The notes under the pieces were generated by a model. The model was given only the letters and a program-made list of their open reading frames with translations, was not told where the DNA came from and did no database searches. A program made the translations under genes and the position numbers. DNA of 64,000 nt from Mobula hypostoma (Eukaryota). Shown here piece after piece: positions 50,437 through 62,847 of the stretch. Within the stretch, counting starts at the first letter, position 1. Every line of letters begins with the position of its first letter. The DNA is taken from positions 22,074,001-22,138,000 of the forward strand of contig NC_086109.1 in the NCBI RefSeq assembly GCF_963921235.1. The letters run 5' to 3'.

Positions 50437-52977
50437 TGACAATAATAGTTAGAAGCATAGATTATGGAATATAAAAATAAGCAGAGGCAAATGCAATATT
50501 AAGTTGCAAGGTTGCCATCAAAATCAAATGGGAAATGGATTTCATTAGTGTAGATCTAAGTCTTGAGGATCAAATTAAGTTTTGTACTTTCAGATAATTC
50601 TCGAGTTCACTGGCTACTAGGGTGCTGTTTTACAAACTTGTTTTTCATTTTGTTATGCAACATCCTCCCTTCATAATTGAAGCACCCACCATAACAATCT
50701 CGGCATTGGTTCACAACAAAAATGGTGACGGCCAAATAATTATCTTGTGAGCTGTACTTTCATAATTTGTAAAGTGATAAGCTTTAGAAACATACTTTTC
50801 TTTGCAGTTCTATTTGCACACTCGTACTCTGAAAATGATTTGAGAGGAGAGTTGGCGGGCGGGGATCTCATTGGAATCTATCGAATATTGAAAGGCTGAA
50901 ATAGAGTGGACGTGGAGAGGATGTTTCCTATAGCGGTGGAGTCTAGGACCAGAGGGCACAACCTCAAATAGAAGAATGCCCCTTTAGAACAGAAATGAGG
51001 AGCTACTTTAGCCAGAGTGTGGTGAATCTGTGGAATTCCTTGCTACAGATGGCTGTGGAGGCCATATCATTGTGTATATTTAAAGTGGAGGTTGACAGGT
51101 TCTTGATTACTAAGAGTGTTGAATGTTATGTGGAGAAGGCAGGAGAATGAGGTTGAGAGGGAATGGCAGAGCAGACTCGGTGGGCCTCATTGATCTAATT
51201 CTGCTCCTATGTCTTGAAGTCTTACGGTTAATTTACTTATTTCTTTTTATCTCTTTTGAGGTCTTGCTGCAATCTTCATGAAAGGACAATTTGTAATGAG
51301 TACTGGTCTATTAGAATTGACTCTCTCCACACCTTTTCCCAGAGATTTAAAGGCAATTTGTCCATGGGTGTCTATCTTGACCTGATGCAAAGGACATCAC
51401 TCCAATCTCTTCAGATGGCTTGATTTCAAATGTTGCTTCTGTAAATTTGCCTGGGGCAGGTATGTTACAACCCAACATAAATGTAATAAAACAAAATGGT
51501 TCAAAAGCTTGCTATAATTCAATCTAATAGAGCCATTGTAGAATCAAAGCACTCCCTTTTTTAGTTGAAAATTTGCTGGCATTGACTCTCCTACACAGTA
51601 TTCCACTTTGAGTTGCATTGTCTTGCTGAAGTATTTTTCAGCTAAGAAACTGGTTTATAGTTGATCTTTATTGTGAGATGGTTAGTGATGCATTTCCCAA
51701 GATTGCGCTGAAGGAATTTTAATCTTATTGCTGAAACGCTAGGATTAGCTGTCAGCCAATCCTTGTTTCAATTAATCTACACTGAAGGTAGGCTTGTTGC
51801 TAAATCTAACATTACAGAGCTCCAGAACCTGAATTTTACATCCTGCTCCTGCATGATGTGGAAGCTCAACCTAATACAGAAGGCAGCAAATTCTCTATCA
51901 GAGGTGAACTACCACTGGCACAAGAGCTGTGTGGATGAAGTGAGGATAATTATACTCTAGATTTTCCATGTCCTTGAGTAATGTCTCATAGCAGATGGAG
52001 TATATTTAATTGGTTTTGATTCATAGCTAGCTTGAAGACTTTTTTTAAAAAACAACTTAGCACATTGCCACTCTAATGGGGAGATACTCCTTGAAAATAA
52101 CATTGGCAGTAGTGGCTTTAAGGGAACACAATTGTCAAGAATATGATATGATCATAAATGGGCAATGTTGGGTGAGTTGTTATCCTAAATATTGGCCTGT
52201 CCAGAACCTGTAGCACAGCACTCTGAGGTAATCAATCCTTCTGTTACTTTGGCTGCCTTTTACCCTCTGGAGTCAACCAGTTTGCCACTGTCCAGCATTA
52301 CTTTGATATTGAGGCTTTGAATATCCTTTTGGAAATCAAGTTTATATAATTTGTTTACAAAATTTGCTGAAGTGCTGGGGCAGAGCATGGACGATAGTGC
52401 TTGTAGATCTTAATGGTCATGTTAATACAGTTCATGCATCTGTGAGCTTCCCTCTCCACACCTCTAAACCTGCTCTCTCATTCCTGATAAGATAGAACTG
52501 TGCAAAGTCAGGTGCATTTTGGCAGGTGATGTTTGAACCTGCTGTGCTCCAGTGATTGAAGTGTCAGTGTCAGAAGGGAAAAATTGTGAAAAATCAATTG
52601 TGTGGGGCTGGGTGTGCGCTGAATGAAGTTGTTGTGATTTCCTTGAGTAACCGCTTTTAAAGATGTATCCTACTGTTCAATGGAGCAAGGTCTTGTGTTT
52701 TTGGCTGACGGATGTATTTGCTATGCAATGTGTATGCAATGTTTGCATGACTTTGTAAAACTGAATTGGAATAGGTCTTGAAAAACTTGGGGGATTGAAA
52801 CAAACTTATATGACCTCGTATTGCACTGAAGACATCTATTTCAGTCAGAGAAAATTTATGCTCTATATGGCCCCTCTTTCTATTCAGACATCAGCCGCTT
52901 GACTTGTAATTGTAAGGGACATGTTACAGAAATAAGTGCATTTACCTTGTGGTTCATGGCTTTGATTTTGTCTGTAG

Positions 52978-53016
52978 GTGGTAGGTTGCAAAAGAAAAGC
53001 CATTTTTCCGGGAAAG
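52978..53016 (+). other. Candidate 39-nt cassette exon in MAGI3 intron 1
   Basis: TTTGATTTTGTCTGTAG| acceptor and AAG|GTAAGT donor; phase 1-1, stop-free (GGRLQKKSHFSGK). No homology or expression support available. Confidence 0.35.
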
Positions 53017-53482
53017 GTAAGTGGACTTGGTATGGAGAATTTGTCAGTTTTGTCCTTGCATGCAGTGCTTCGTCCCTCTTTAGTGTTTGTGTTATTTTAT
53101 CTGTGCAATTGGAGAGAGAAAAGGTCTTGCAATTCTGTAGTGTTTTTATTATTTTGGAATGTCTTGAAGTATTTCACAGTCGGTGCATTTTTAATGGTTC
53201 TTTTTTGAGATGTATGAACTGTACAACCAATTTGGATGCAGAAATCAGGTTTACTATCACTAACATGTCGTGAAATTTGTTTTGCGGTGGTTGTACAGTG
53301 CAAGGCATAAATTACTACAAGCTACAAATAAATAATGCAAAAGAGGAATAATGAGATGGTGTTCATGTACTGTTCAGAAATCTGATGGCAGAGAGAAAGA
53401 AGTTGTTCTGAAAACACTGCATCATCAGGTTCTTGTACCTCTTCCCTGATGGTGGTAATGTAAAGAGGGCATATCCTGATGG

Positions 53483-55297
53483 ATACTTCTCATGCTCTTA
53501 AACTTTTCGATGATTTTAAGTTCCCTGGCCCCCACCGCTTTATTTTCACCATGGATGTCCAGTCCCTATATACTTCCATCCCCCATCAGGAAGGTCTCAA
53601 AGCTCTACGCTTTTTGGATTCCAGACCTAATCAGTTCCCCTCTACCACCACTCTGCTCCGTCTAGCGGAATTAGTCCTTACTCTTAATAATTTCTCCTTT
53701 AGCTCCTCCCACTTCCTCCAAACTAAAGGTGTAGCTATGGGCACCTGTATGGGTCCGAGCTATGCCTGCCTTTTTGTTGGCTTTGTGGAACAATCTATGT
53801 TCCGTGCCTATTCTGGTATCTGTCCCCCACTTTTCCTTCGCTACATCGACGACTGCATTGGCGCTGCTTCCTGCACGCATGCAGAACTCGTTGACTTTAT
53901 TAACTTTGCCTCCAACTTTCACCCTGCCCTCAAGTTTACCTGGTCCATTTCCGACACCTCCCTCCCCTTTCTAGATCTTTCTGTCTCTGTCTCTGGAGAC
54001 AGCTTATCCACTGATGTCTACTATAAGCCTACTGACTCTCACAGCTATCTGGACTATTCCTCTTCTCACCCTGTCTCTTGCAAAAATGCCATCCCCTTCT
54101 CGCAATTCCTCCGTCTCCGCCGCATCTGCTCTCAGGATGAGGCTTTTCATTCCAGGACGAGGGAGATGTCTTCCTTTTTTAAAGAAAGGGGCTTCCCTTC
54201 CTTCACTATCAACTCTGCTCTTAAACGCATCTCCCCCATTTCATGTACATCTGCTCTCACTCCATCCTCCCGCCACCCCACTAGGAATAGGGTTCCCCTG
54301 GTCCTCACCTACCACCCTACCAGCCTCTGGGTCCAACATATTCTCTGCAACTTCTGCCACCTCCAACGGGATCCCACCACTAAGCACATCTTTCCCTCCC
54401 CCCCCCCCTCTGCATTCCGCAGGGATTGCTCCCTACGCAACTCACTTGTCCATTCGTCCCCCCCATCCCTCCCCACTGATCTCCCTCCTGGCACTTATCC
54501 GTGTAAGCGGAACAAGTGCTACACATACCCTTACACTTCCTCCCTTACCACCATTCAGGGCCCCAAACAGTCCTTCCAGTTGAGGCAGCACTTCACCTGT
54601 GAGTCGACTGGGGTGATATACTGCGGCCGGTGCTCCCGATGTGGCCTTTTATATATTGGCGAGACCTGACGCAGACTGGGAGACCGCTTTGCTGAATATC
54701 TACACTCTGTCCGCCAGAGAAAGCAGGATCTCCCAGTGGCCACACATTTTAATTCCACGTCCCATTCCCATTCTGACATGTCTATCCACGGCCTCCTCTA
54801 CTGTAAAGATGAAGCCACACTCAGGTTGGAGGAACAACACCTTATATTCCGTCTGGGTAGCCTCCAACCTGATGGCATGAACATCGACTTCTCTAACTTC
54901 CGCTAATGCCTCACCTCCCCCTCGTACCCCATCTGTTACTTATTTTTATACACACATTCTTTCTCTCGCTCTCCTTTTTCTCCCTCTGTCCCTCTGAATA
55001 TACCCCTTGCCCATCCTCTGGGTTCTCCCCCCCCCCCGTCTTTCTTCCCGGACCTCCTGTCCCATGATCCTCTCGTATCCCCTTTTGCCTATCACCTGTC
55101 CAGCTCTCGGCTCTATCCCTCCCCCTCCAACTTTCAAATCCCTTACTCACTCTTCCTTCAGTTATTCCTGACGAAGGGTCTCGGCCTGAAACGTCGACTG
55201 CACCTCTTCCTAGAGATGCTGCCTGGCCTGCTGCATTCACCAGCAACTTTTATGTGTGTTGCTTGAATTTCTAGCATCTGCAGAATTTCTGTTGTTT
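53483..55297 (+). mobile_element. Penelope-like retroelement (Neptune-type), 5'-truncated: RT + GIY-YIG endonuclease + 3' terminal repeat
   Basis: RT motifs TMDVQSLYTSIPH, GVAMGTCMGPSYA and LRYIDD; Cys linker CKRNKC; VIYC..C..CGLLYIGET. A single in-frame TGA (54667-54669), then the frame continues to TAA 54904-54906. 12-bp TSD ATATCCTGATGG at 53471-53482 and 55298-55309. Confidence 0.95.
55163..55200 (+). ncRNA. Minimal type-I hammerhead ribozyme motif in the PLE 3' terminal repeat
   Basis: TATTC-CTGACGA-A-GGGT(CTCG)GCCT-GAAA-CG-TC-GACTG. CUGANGA/GAAA core, GUC triplet and palindromic ACGT helix III are present; helix I has one mismatch relative to sister copies (AGTC). Confidence 0.7.
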
Positions 55298-56624
55298 ATA
55301 TCCTGATGGTGATGGTTCTTGGTGATAGATGCTGCCTTTTTGAGACCCTGTGTCTTGAACATATCCTCTGGGGAGGATTGCTCCTGTGATGGAGCTGACT
55401 GAATCTACAGCAATGCAAACAACCACCATACATCTGTAGAAATTTTCAAGAGCCTTAACATACAAATCTGCACAAACTCGTAACAAAGTAGAGTGCCCAG
55501 TGTACCTTATTTGTGATTGCATCAATGTGTTAGGCCCAGGATTGTCCTCTGAGATGGTGACATCCATGAATTTGAAGCTGCTCACCCTTTCCACCATTAA
55601 TTCCTCAGTGAAGGCTAGTGTGTCTTCTCCCAATATTCCCCTTCCTGAAATCCACAATCAATGTGTTGGTCTTGCTGACGTTGAGTACAAGGTTGTTGTT
55701 GTGACCCCAATCAACCAGCTGTTCTGTCTCACTCCTGTCTGCCATTTCGTCGTCATCTGCGATTCTGTCAACAAAGGTGACATTGACTTATGAAGCCTCT
55801 CAAAGCACTTCATCACAGTGGATATGAGTGATCACATTCGATAGTCATAGAGGCAGCACATCCTGCTCTTTTTGGATACCGGTATGATAGATGCAGGTGG
55901 GGACCTCTGTCTGCAACAGTGAGAGTTTGAAGATTTCTGTGAACATTGCAGCCAGTTGGTTGGCACAAACTTTCAGTACACTGTTGGGACCTGATTCCTT
56001 GTAAGGGTTTACCTTCTTAAAGGATGCTCTGATGTTGATCTTTGGAGCAGAGCTCACAGTGTCAATTGCTGCTCCCTTGAACAATAGTCCAGTAATCTGT
56101 TTCAATTGACATTGAGTTCTACACACGGGATCGTTCCTTGGGTTTTAAATGATACCATGAAATTCTTACACCATCTTTTTGGACAATGAGGCTGCTTTGA
56201 ATCGGGAGTTTCTGACTCCATGTTCCTTGCACCCTAGTTGATACTGACAAACGGCGATGGGGGGGGGGGGCGGGTGGAATAAAAGCATTCTGTTTCAGCA
56301 GAGAGCTTGTTACCCTTAGAAGGCAGAAGGAAACCTGTGGTATGAGCATTTTGTTAATGTAGACCCAAATCTTGGAAATCAAATTGACCATTGTTATTAG
56401 GGCTGGTCTCTCAGTCTCTGCAGTCTTAATGTGTTTTTTCCCATTGAGTTGCATAACATGTCTTCTCCATACTCCTTTGAAAGCCTTGCATGTAGTTTAG
56501 CACTGACCCTAATCTACCATACTTAAGTTTAATGTCTAGAATACCAGATGTAGAAACTGGGTTTTCAGAATGGTCATTTTGGACTATTAACCACCACATT
56601 GGCTTTTGGTGATTTTTATTTCAA

Positions 56625-59585
56625 ACTGTTGGATGAGGGAACACAAACCAGTCTTCGGAGGGTTCAGAAGTGGAAAGAGTGAGCAATTTCAAGTTCCTGG
56701 ATGTCAGTATCTCTGCAGGTCTAACCTGGACCCAACATGTTGATGCAAAATATGTGGACAGACCGACTAGGGGGGATGCCATACTAGATCTAGTGCTAGG
56801 TAATGAACCGGGTCAGGTCATAGATCTCTCAGTGGGTGAGCATCTGGGGGACAGTGACCACCGCTCCCTGGCCTTTAGCATTATCATGGAAAAGGATAGA
56901 ATCAGAGAGGACAGGAAAATTTTTAATTGGGGAAGGGCAAATTATGAGGCTATAAGGCTAGAACTTGCGGGTGTGAATTGGGATGATGTTTTTGTGGGGA
57001 AATGTACTATGGACATGTGGTCGATGTTTAGAGATCTCTTGCAGGATGTTAGGGATAAATTTGTCCCGGTGAGGATGATAAAGAATGGTAGGGTGACAAG
57101 TGAGGTGGAAAATCTAGTCAAGTGGAAGAAGGCAGCATACATGAGGTTTAGGAAGCAGGGATCAGATGGGTTTATTGAGGAATATAGGAAAGCATAAAGG
57201 AGCTTAAGAAGGGGCTGAGAAGAGCAAGAAGGGGGCATGAGAAGGCCTTGGCAAGTAGGGTAAAGGAAAACCCCGAGGCATTCTTCAATTATGTGAAGAA
57301 AAAAAGGATGACAGGAGTGAAGGTAGGACTGATTAGAGATAAAGGTGGGAAGATGTGCCTGGAGGCTGTGGAAGTGAGCAAGGTCCTCAATGAATACTTC
57401 TCTTCGGTATTCCCCAATGAGAGGGAACTTGATGATGGTGAGGACAATATGAGTGAGGTTGATGTTCTGGAGCATGTTGATATTAAGGGAGAGGAGGTGT
57501 TGGAGTTGTTAAAATACATTAGGACGGATAAATCCCCGGGGCCTGACGGAATATTCCCCTGGCTGCTCCATGAGGCGAGGGAAGAGATTGCTGAGCCTCT
57601 GGCTAGGATCATTATGTCCTCGTTGTCCATGGGAATGGTACCGGAGGATTGGAGGGAGGCGAATGTTGTCCCCTTGTTTAAAAATTTAGGAGGGATAGTC
57701 TGGGTAATTGTAGACCAGTGATCCTTACATCTGTGGTGGGAAAGCTGTTGGAAAAGATTCTTAGAGATAGGATCTCTGGGCATTTAGAGAATCATGGTCT
57801 GATCAGGGACAGTCAGCATGGCTTTGTGAAGATCGTGTCTAACAAGACTGATAGAGTTCTTTGAGGAGGTGACCAGGCATATAGATGAGGGTAGTGCAGT
57901 GAATGTGATCTACATGGATTTTAGTAAGGCATTTGACAAGGTTCCACACGGTAGGCTTATTCAGAAAGTCAGAAGGCATGGGATCCAGGGAAGTTTGGCC
58001 GGGTGGATTCAGAATTGGCTTGCCTGCAGAGGGCAGAGGGTCGTGGTGGAGGGAGTACATTCAGATTGGAGGATTGTGACTAGTGGTGTCCCACAAGGAT
58101 CAGTTCTGGGACCTCTACTTTTCATGATTTTTATTAACGACCTGGATGTGGGGGTAGAAGGGCGGGTTGGCAAGTTTGCAGACGACACAAAGGTTGGTGG
58201 TGTTGTAGATAGTGTAGAGGATTGTTAAAGATTGCAGAGAGACATTGATAGGATGCAGAAGTGGGCTGAGAAGTGGCAGATGGAGTTCAACCCGGAGAAA
58301 TGTGAGGTGGTACACTTTGGAAGGACAAACTCCAAGGCAGAGTACAAAGTAAATGGCAGGATACTTGGTATTGTGGAGGAGCAGAGGGATCTGGGGGTAC
58401 ATGTCCACAGATCCCTGAAAGTTGCCTCACAGGTGGATAGGGTAGTTAAGAAAGCTTATGGGGTGTTAGCTTTCATAAGTCGAGGGATAGAGTTTAAGAG
58501 TCGCGATGCAGTTCTATAAAACTCTGGTTAGGCCACAGTTGGAGTACTGTGTCCAGTTCTGGTCGCCTCACTATAAGAAGGATGTGGAAGCATTGGAAAG
58601 GGTACAGAGGAGATTTACCAGGATGCTGCCTGGTTTAGAGAGTATGCATTATGATCAGAGATTAAGGGAGCTAGGGCTTTACTCTTTGGAGAGAAGGAGG
58701 ATGAGAGGAGACATGATAGAGGTGTACAAGATAATAAGAGGAATAGATGGAGTGGATAGCCAGCACCTCTTCCCCAGGGCACCACTGCTCAATACAAGAG
58801 GACATGGCTTTAAGGTAAGGGGTGGGAAGTTCAAGGGGGATATTAGAGGAAGGTTTTTTACTCAGAGAGTGGTTGGTGCGTGGAATGCACTGCCTGAGTC
58901 AGTGGTGGAGGCAGATACACCAGTGAAGTTTAAGAGACTACTAGACAGGTATATGGAGGAATTTAAGGTGGGGGCTTATATGGGAGGCAGGGTTTGAGGG
59001 TCGGCACAACATTGTGGGCCGAAGGGCCTGTACTGTGCTGTACTATTCTATGTTCTGTGTTCTAAAGACAAAGAAGGCAGGACAGTGGCTGTACTTCATT
59101 GGTATATTTCTACGGTTGTACTGTGGAGAGCATTCTAACTGACTGCCTCACCATCCGGTTGGTTTGTGGTGGGGGGAGGGGTGCGGGAGCTACTGTATGG
59201 GATAGAAGTAAGCTGCCGAGAATTGTAAACTTGGTCAGTTCCATCATAGGCACGAGCCTCCATAGCGATACCTCAAAAGGGTGGAATCCACTCAGAACTT
59301 CCCATCACCCAGGACATGCCTTGTTCTGTATCACCAGGAAGGAGTTATAGAAGCCTGAAGGTGCACACTCAACGAATCAGGAACAGCTTCTTCCCAGCTG
59401 CCATCCTGAATGGACATTGAACCCATAAACACTACCTCACTACTTTTTCTATTTCTATTTTTGCACTAATTTAACTATTTAATATGTATATTTTACTGTA
59501 ATGTTTTTTCTATTATGTATTGCATTGTACTGCTGCTAAGTCAGCAAATTCACTACATATGCTGGCGATATTAAACCTGATTCTA
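56625..59585 (+). mobile_element. Rex1/Babar-like LINE 3' fragment split by a CR1
   Basis: ERVSNFKFLDVSIS..LTWTQHVDA before 56750 continues after 59064 as KKA...FYGCTVESILT..HHPGHALF. Tail ATTAAACCTGATTCTAATT. Confidence 0.8.
56750..59063 (+). mobile_element. Relatively young CR1 LINE, 5'-truncated ORF2
   Basis: [76 protein letters not shown]. (TTCTATG)n-type tail; few frameshifts. Confidence 0.95.
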
Positions 59586-62500
59586 ATTGTGAACTGCTGA
59601 AAGTAAGCCTATGTTAGTTGGCTTATCTATTTTTCATGTTGGAATATAACACACTTGCGAACCATTCACTGCAAAGGATTAATAAAATGGGTTGAGCAAT
59701 AGTTTTGAATGGGCTTCTGTATACGATCAATTGCTCTCTCTCAGCATCACTGCACAGTCAGTTAATTCCATGGTCTCCTAAACTGCTTGATTACCATCAC
59801 TTTCTCATCTATAGTGACTCTTCAGAAAGCCAGTTTTCATTTTGGTCTGTGGTTTCTTAAATTGGATTCAGTGAGTAATTTGATGTCAATATGCCCTTTA
59901 TTTCCCACCCTGCCTTTCAAGTAGGATGAACAATGCCAGTTTGTACTTATTTTTCCAATCATTCAGCTGAACTGGGAATTTTGGCAATGTTCAGGTAATC
60001 AACAACCTAATATGATTCCTTTGGGCTTCCAGACTGACCATGTTGTTTCCAGTCAGACACAGTTGTATTCAATCAAGGTGGGGCATTTGGCCACCAGATG
60101 CATTAACTTCTAAGGAGATCTATCTAGTTAGTTCCATTCCCATACTTTTCCCCATAGTTCCTAAATTTTCTTTTGTAACTGTTCCCTCTTGGAAGTTGCT
60201 GTTGATTCTACGTCCGCCATCCTCTTCTGCAGTGCATTCCAAATGGAACTTCTACTTTAAAAGAAAATCTTATCTTCCTCATGGTTTATATTTCTAGTTT
60301 AATAAATCAGGCAATGCAATTAATTTTGAATGATACATTAAACCTCTCCTTTGGTCAAACAGGCTCTGACCCCTCATCTGTCTGTTTCTCCTTCCACAGG
60401 TTTCTAGCATCCACAGTTTTAATTTTTCTCCCATCTCTGTTCTTGTGACAATCCCATCTCTTCTCTGCTCCACATTATTTAAGTTCCCAGTCCTTGGAAC
60501 CACTGATAATTTTCTCTGCATCCACTCCAATGTTCTACTGCTAGAGATTTTTACAGCAGCTAGTTGGAACTTTGCAGGGTAATTTCTTGTACCAGCAACT
60601 ACAAATCATGGACAGCTTAGTGCTTGGAACACAGAAGATTCACAATGTATATAATTGCTCAAGGAAACCTACTGGTAAATATGTTCCATTTAAATCCTAA
60701 CAGGAGCAATCTGTAATTTTGCTATAGATGAGCAAAGACTGATGTTCACAGAGTAATGCTTCTCATGGATTAGACTAAAACAATATGCCATTCCTGTACA
60801 TTTAAGATATTGTGAGCTCTTTGGACACAATGGGTAAAAATGCAGGGGTGAAAATGTGACACAAACGGCAATGAAATAAGAAAGAACTACAACGGCTTGT
60901 AGATTAATGAACTTGTTCGAAGAATCAAGGGCATCAGAAATCACAGATGTGGAAAAGAGACGGTTGGGGCAAGGAAACTTGAAGTCATTGAAAAGATCCA
61001 GAGCGTGTGAAGTGTCTTAATGAATTTGAGATGGTTCATTGTCTCAAAATTTGGAATGCAAGTTGCAGGAGGGCGGGTGGGGAAGAAATTGAGGTGCTTG
61101 GACAGAATGCCAGAGTATGTGAGGATTATTATTTTTGTGTGGAGGTAGTACAATACCTTCAGTGCTTGACATTTTGAGCCAAGATCATAGATCAGGAGCC
61201 ATACTCAACATTTTAAGAGTAGCTTTTCCCCCTCCGCCATCAAATTTCTGGTCCATGAACTCTACCTTATTATTTGTCTTTTACACTATTTTGGTAATTT
61301 ACTGTAATTTTTGTATCGCACTATACTGCTGCCGCAAAACAAATTACATGACGTGTAACAATAAACATGATATTGAATTTTGTGATGGAAGTTACAGGCA
61401 CGCTTTAAAAAAAGTATGGTTCCAGTGGGTTTTAAAGGCAGCACAATTATCTCCAAAGCCTGAGCACTGAATTCATTTCCCATTTTGGAGATTTATACAT
61501 AGAATCTTGGCTGACATTTCCAGTATAACACTGATATAGGCTTGTATTGTTGCAAGGGCTGTCATTCAGATGACCCAAGACTTTGTCCTATAGTTACAAA
61601 AAGTTGTTTCAAAGAAATGCTTAGAAGTTCTATGTTGCAGAAATGCTTTGGCTGTGTTAAAGTCATAATCATCTGGCCACTTTCATATTTGTGGGAACTT
61701 ACTGTATTGTCTTTCCTACAACGCAGAAGCACCCATGCTTAATATACACAATTGACTGTGAAATACTTGGATACCCTGGGTTGGTTGCCACAGCAATGCA
61801 AGTTCAACTTTTATCTTCCTCAGTACTTTCTGTTATTCACAAAGCAATCAAGAATTCTTCCCTTGTGCAAAGTAGTATTTGCAGCACAGAGTTGCCATTT
61901 CTTCTGAAATTCTAGTCTGTTTTTTAAGTACTTGTATCCTGGTGGCTTGGTTTATTCTGTACAATTGAATGTTAAGAGCTAGGAGTTTCGGTTGTGATTT
62001 TTTTTTCCCAATTGGTTTGACTCTTTCCCTTTGCTGTTTAAATAACTGGAATGAGACAAATGTGTGCAGCTGTGTGTAGCACTAATGGATCCTTGGTTGG
62101 CTGTTTTAACTCCATTGCTCTACTAGGCCAAAGCAAACAATGTCTTCGGCATTGATCCAGCTTTGGTGCAACAGGAAGTTGTAACTTTAAGATCCTACAT
62201 TTCTTGTGGAATCACTTATTGAAAAACCTGCTTAACAAGATGGGTTTTTAAATAGCCTTTTCATCAGATTGCCCAAAGGCATATGGATGACATTACTATC
62301 AAGTACTCCCAGGTGTGGGCACGAGTAAATAAACTAATGCTTTTATATGGCTGGTGAGTTGCTAGTTCTGTGCTTAAAATGGAGAGTAAGAATTCTTTCA
62401 GAATTTGTTCATAAATTTGTACTTCAAAGAAACTGCACTTCCATGACCAAAAGTAGGCTGGCTTAGTGACTGCTCTTCATTTTTAATTTCCCCTTTGATC

Positions 62501-62809
62501 TTGCCTCACCTCTTCATCACATTGGTGCAAGTACATCCTTGCTGTATTGTGTGTGTACATGTGCTTCACAGCCAGTGCAGTACTTTTGAAGGGCAGTCAC
62601 TATCCCAAAGATTGACATTGCAAAAGCCACTTTATTAAGGCCAAACTCAGACATTATAATGTATCCTTTAAAAGGTTATTTGGCCAAGTATTAAGCCAAG
62701 ACTCTGGAGAATTCAGTGAAGCTATTCAATATCTATCAGATCAAAAATAATACATGAGAAAATCTGCAGGTGCTGGAAATCCAAATCAGCATCTATGGAA
62801 AGGAGTAAA

Positions 62810-62847
62810 CAGTCGACATTTCAGGCCAAGTCCCTTCATCAGGACTG
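62810..62847 (-). ncRNA. Minimal hammerhead ribozyme motif in a PLE end
   Basis: Minus strand CAGTC-CTGATGA-A-GGGACTTGGCCT-GAAA-TG-TC-GACTG, with a perfect 5-bp helix I and a GUC triplet. Confidence 0.6.

Larger units (their letters stand above)
53240..56060 (-). mobile_element. Rex1/Babar-like LINE (RT to 3' tail), split by the PLE
   Basis: KVNPYKESGP..VLKVCANQLAAMFTEIFKLSLLQTEVPTC and VERVSSFKF..VTISED. Tail AGAAATCAGGTTTACTATCAC at about 53240. Confidence 0.8.
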
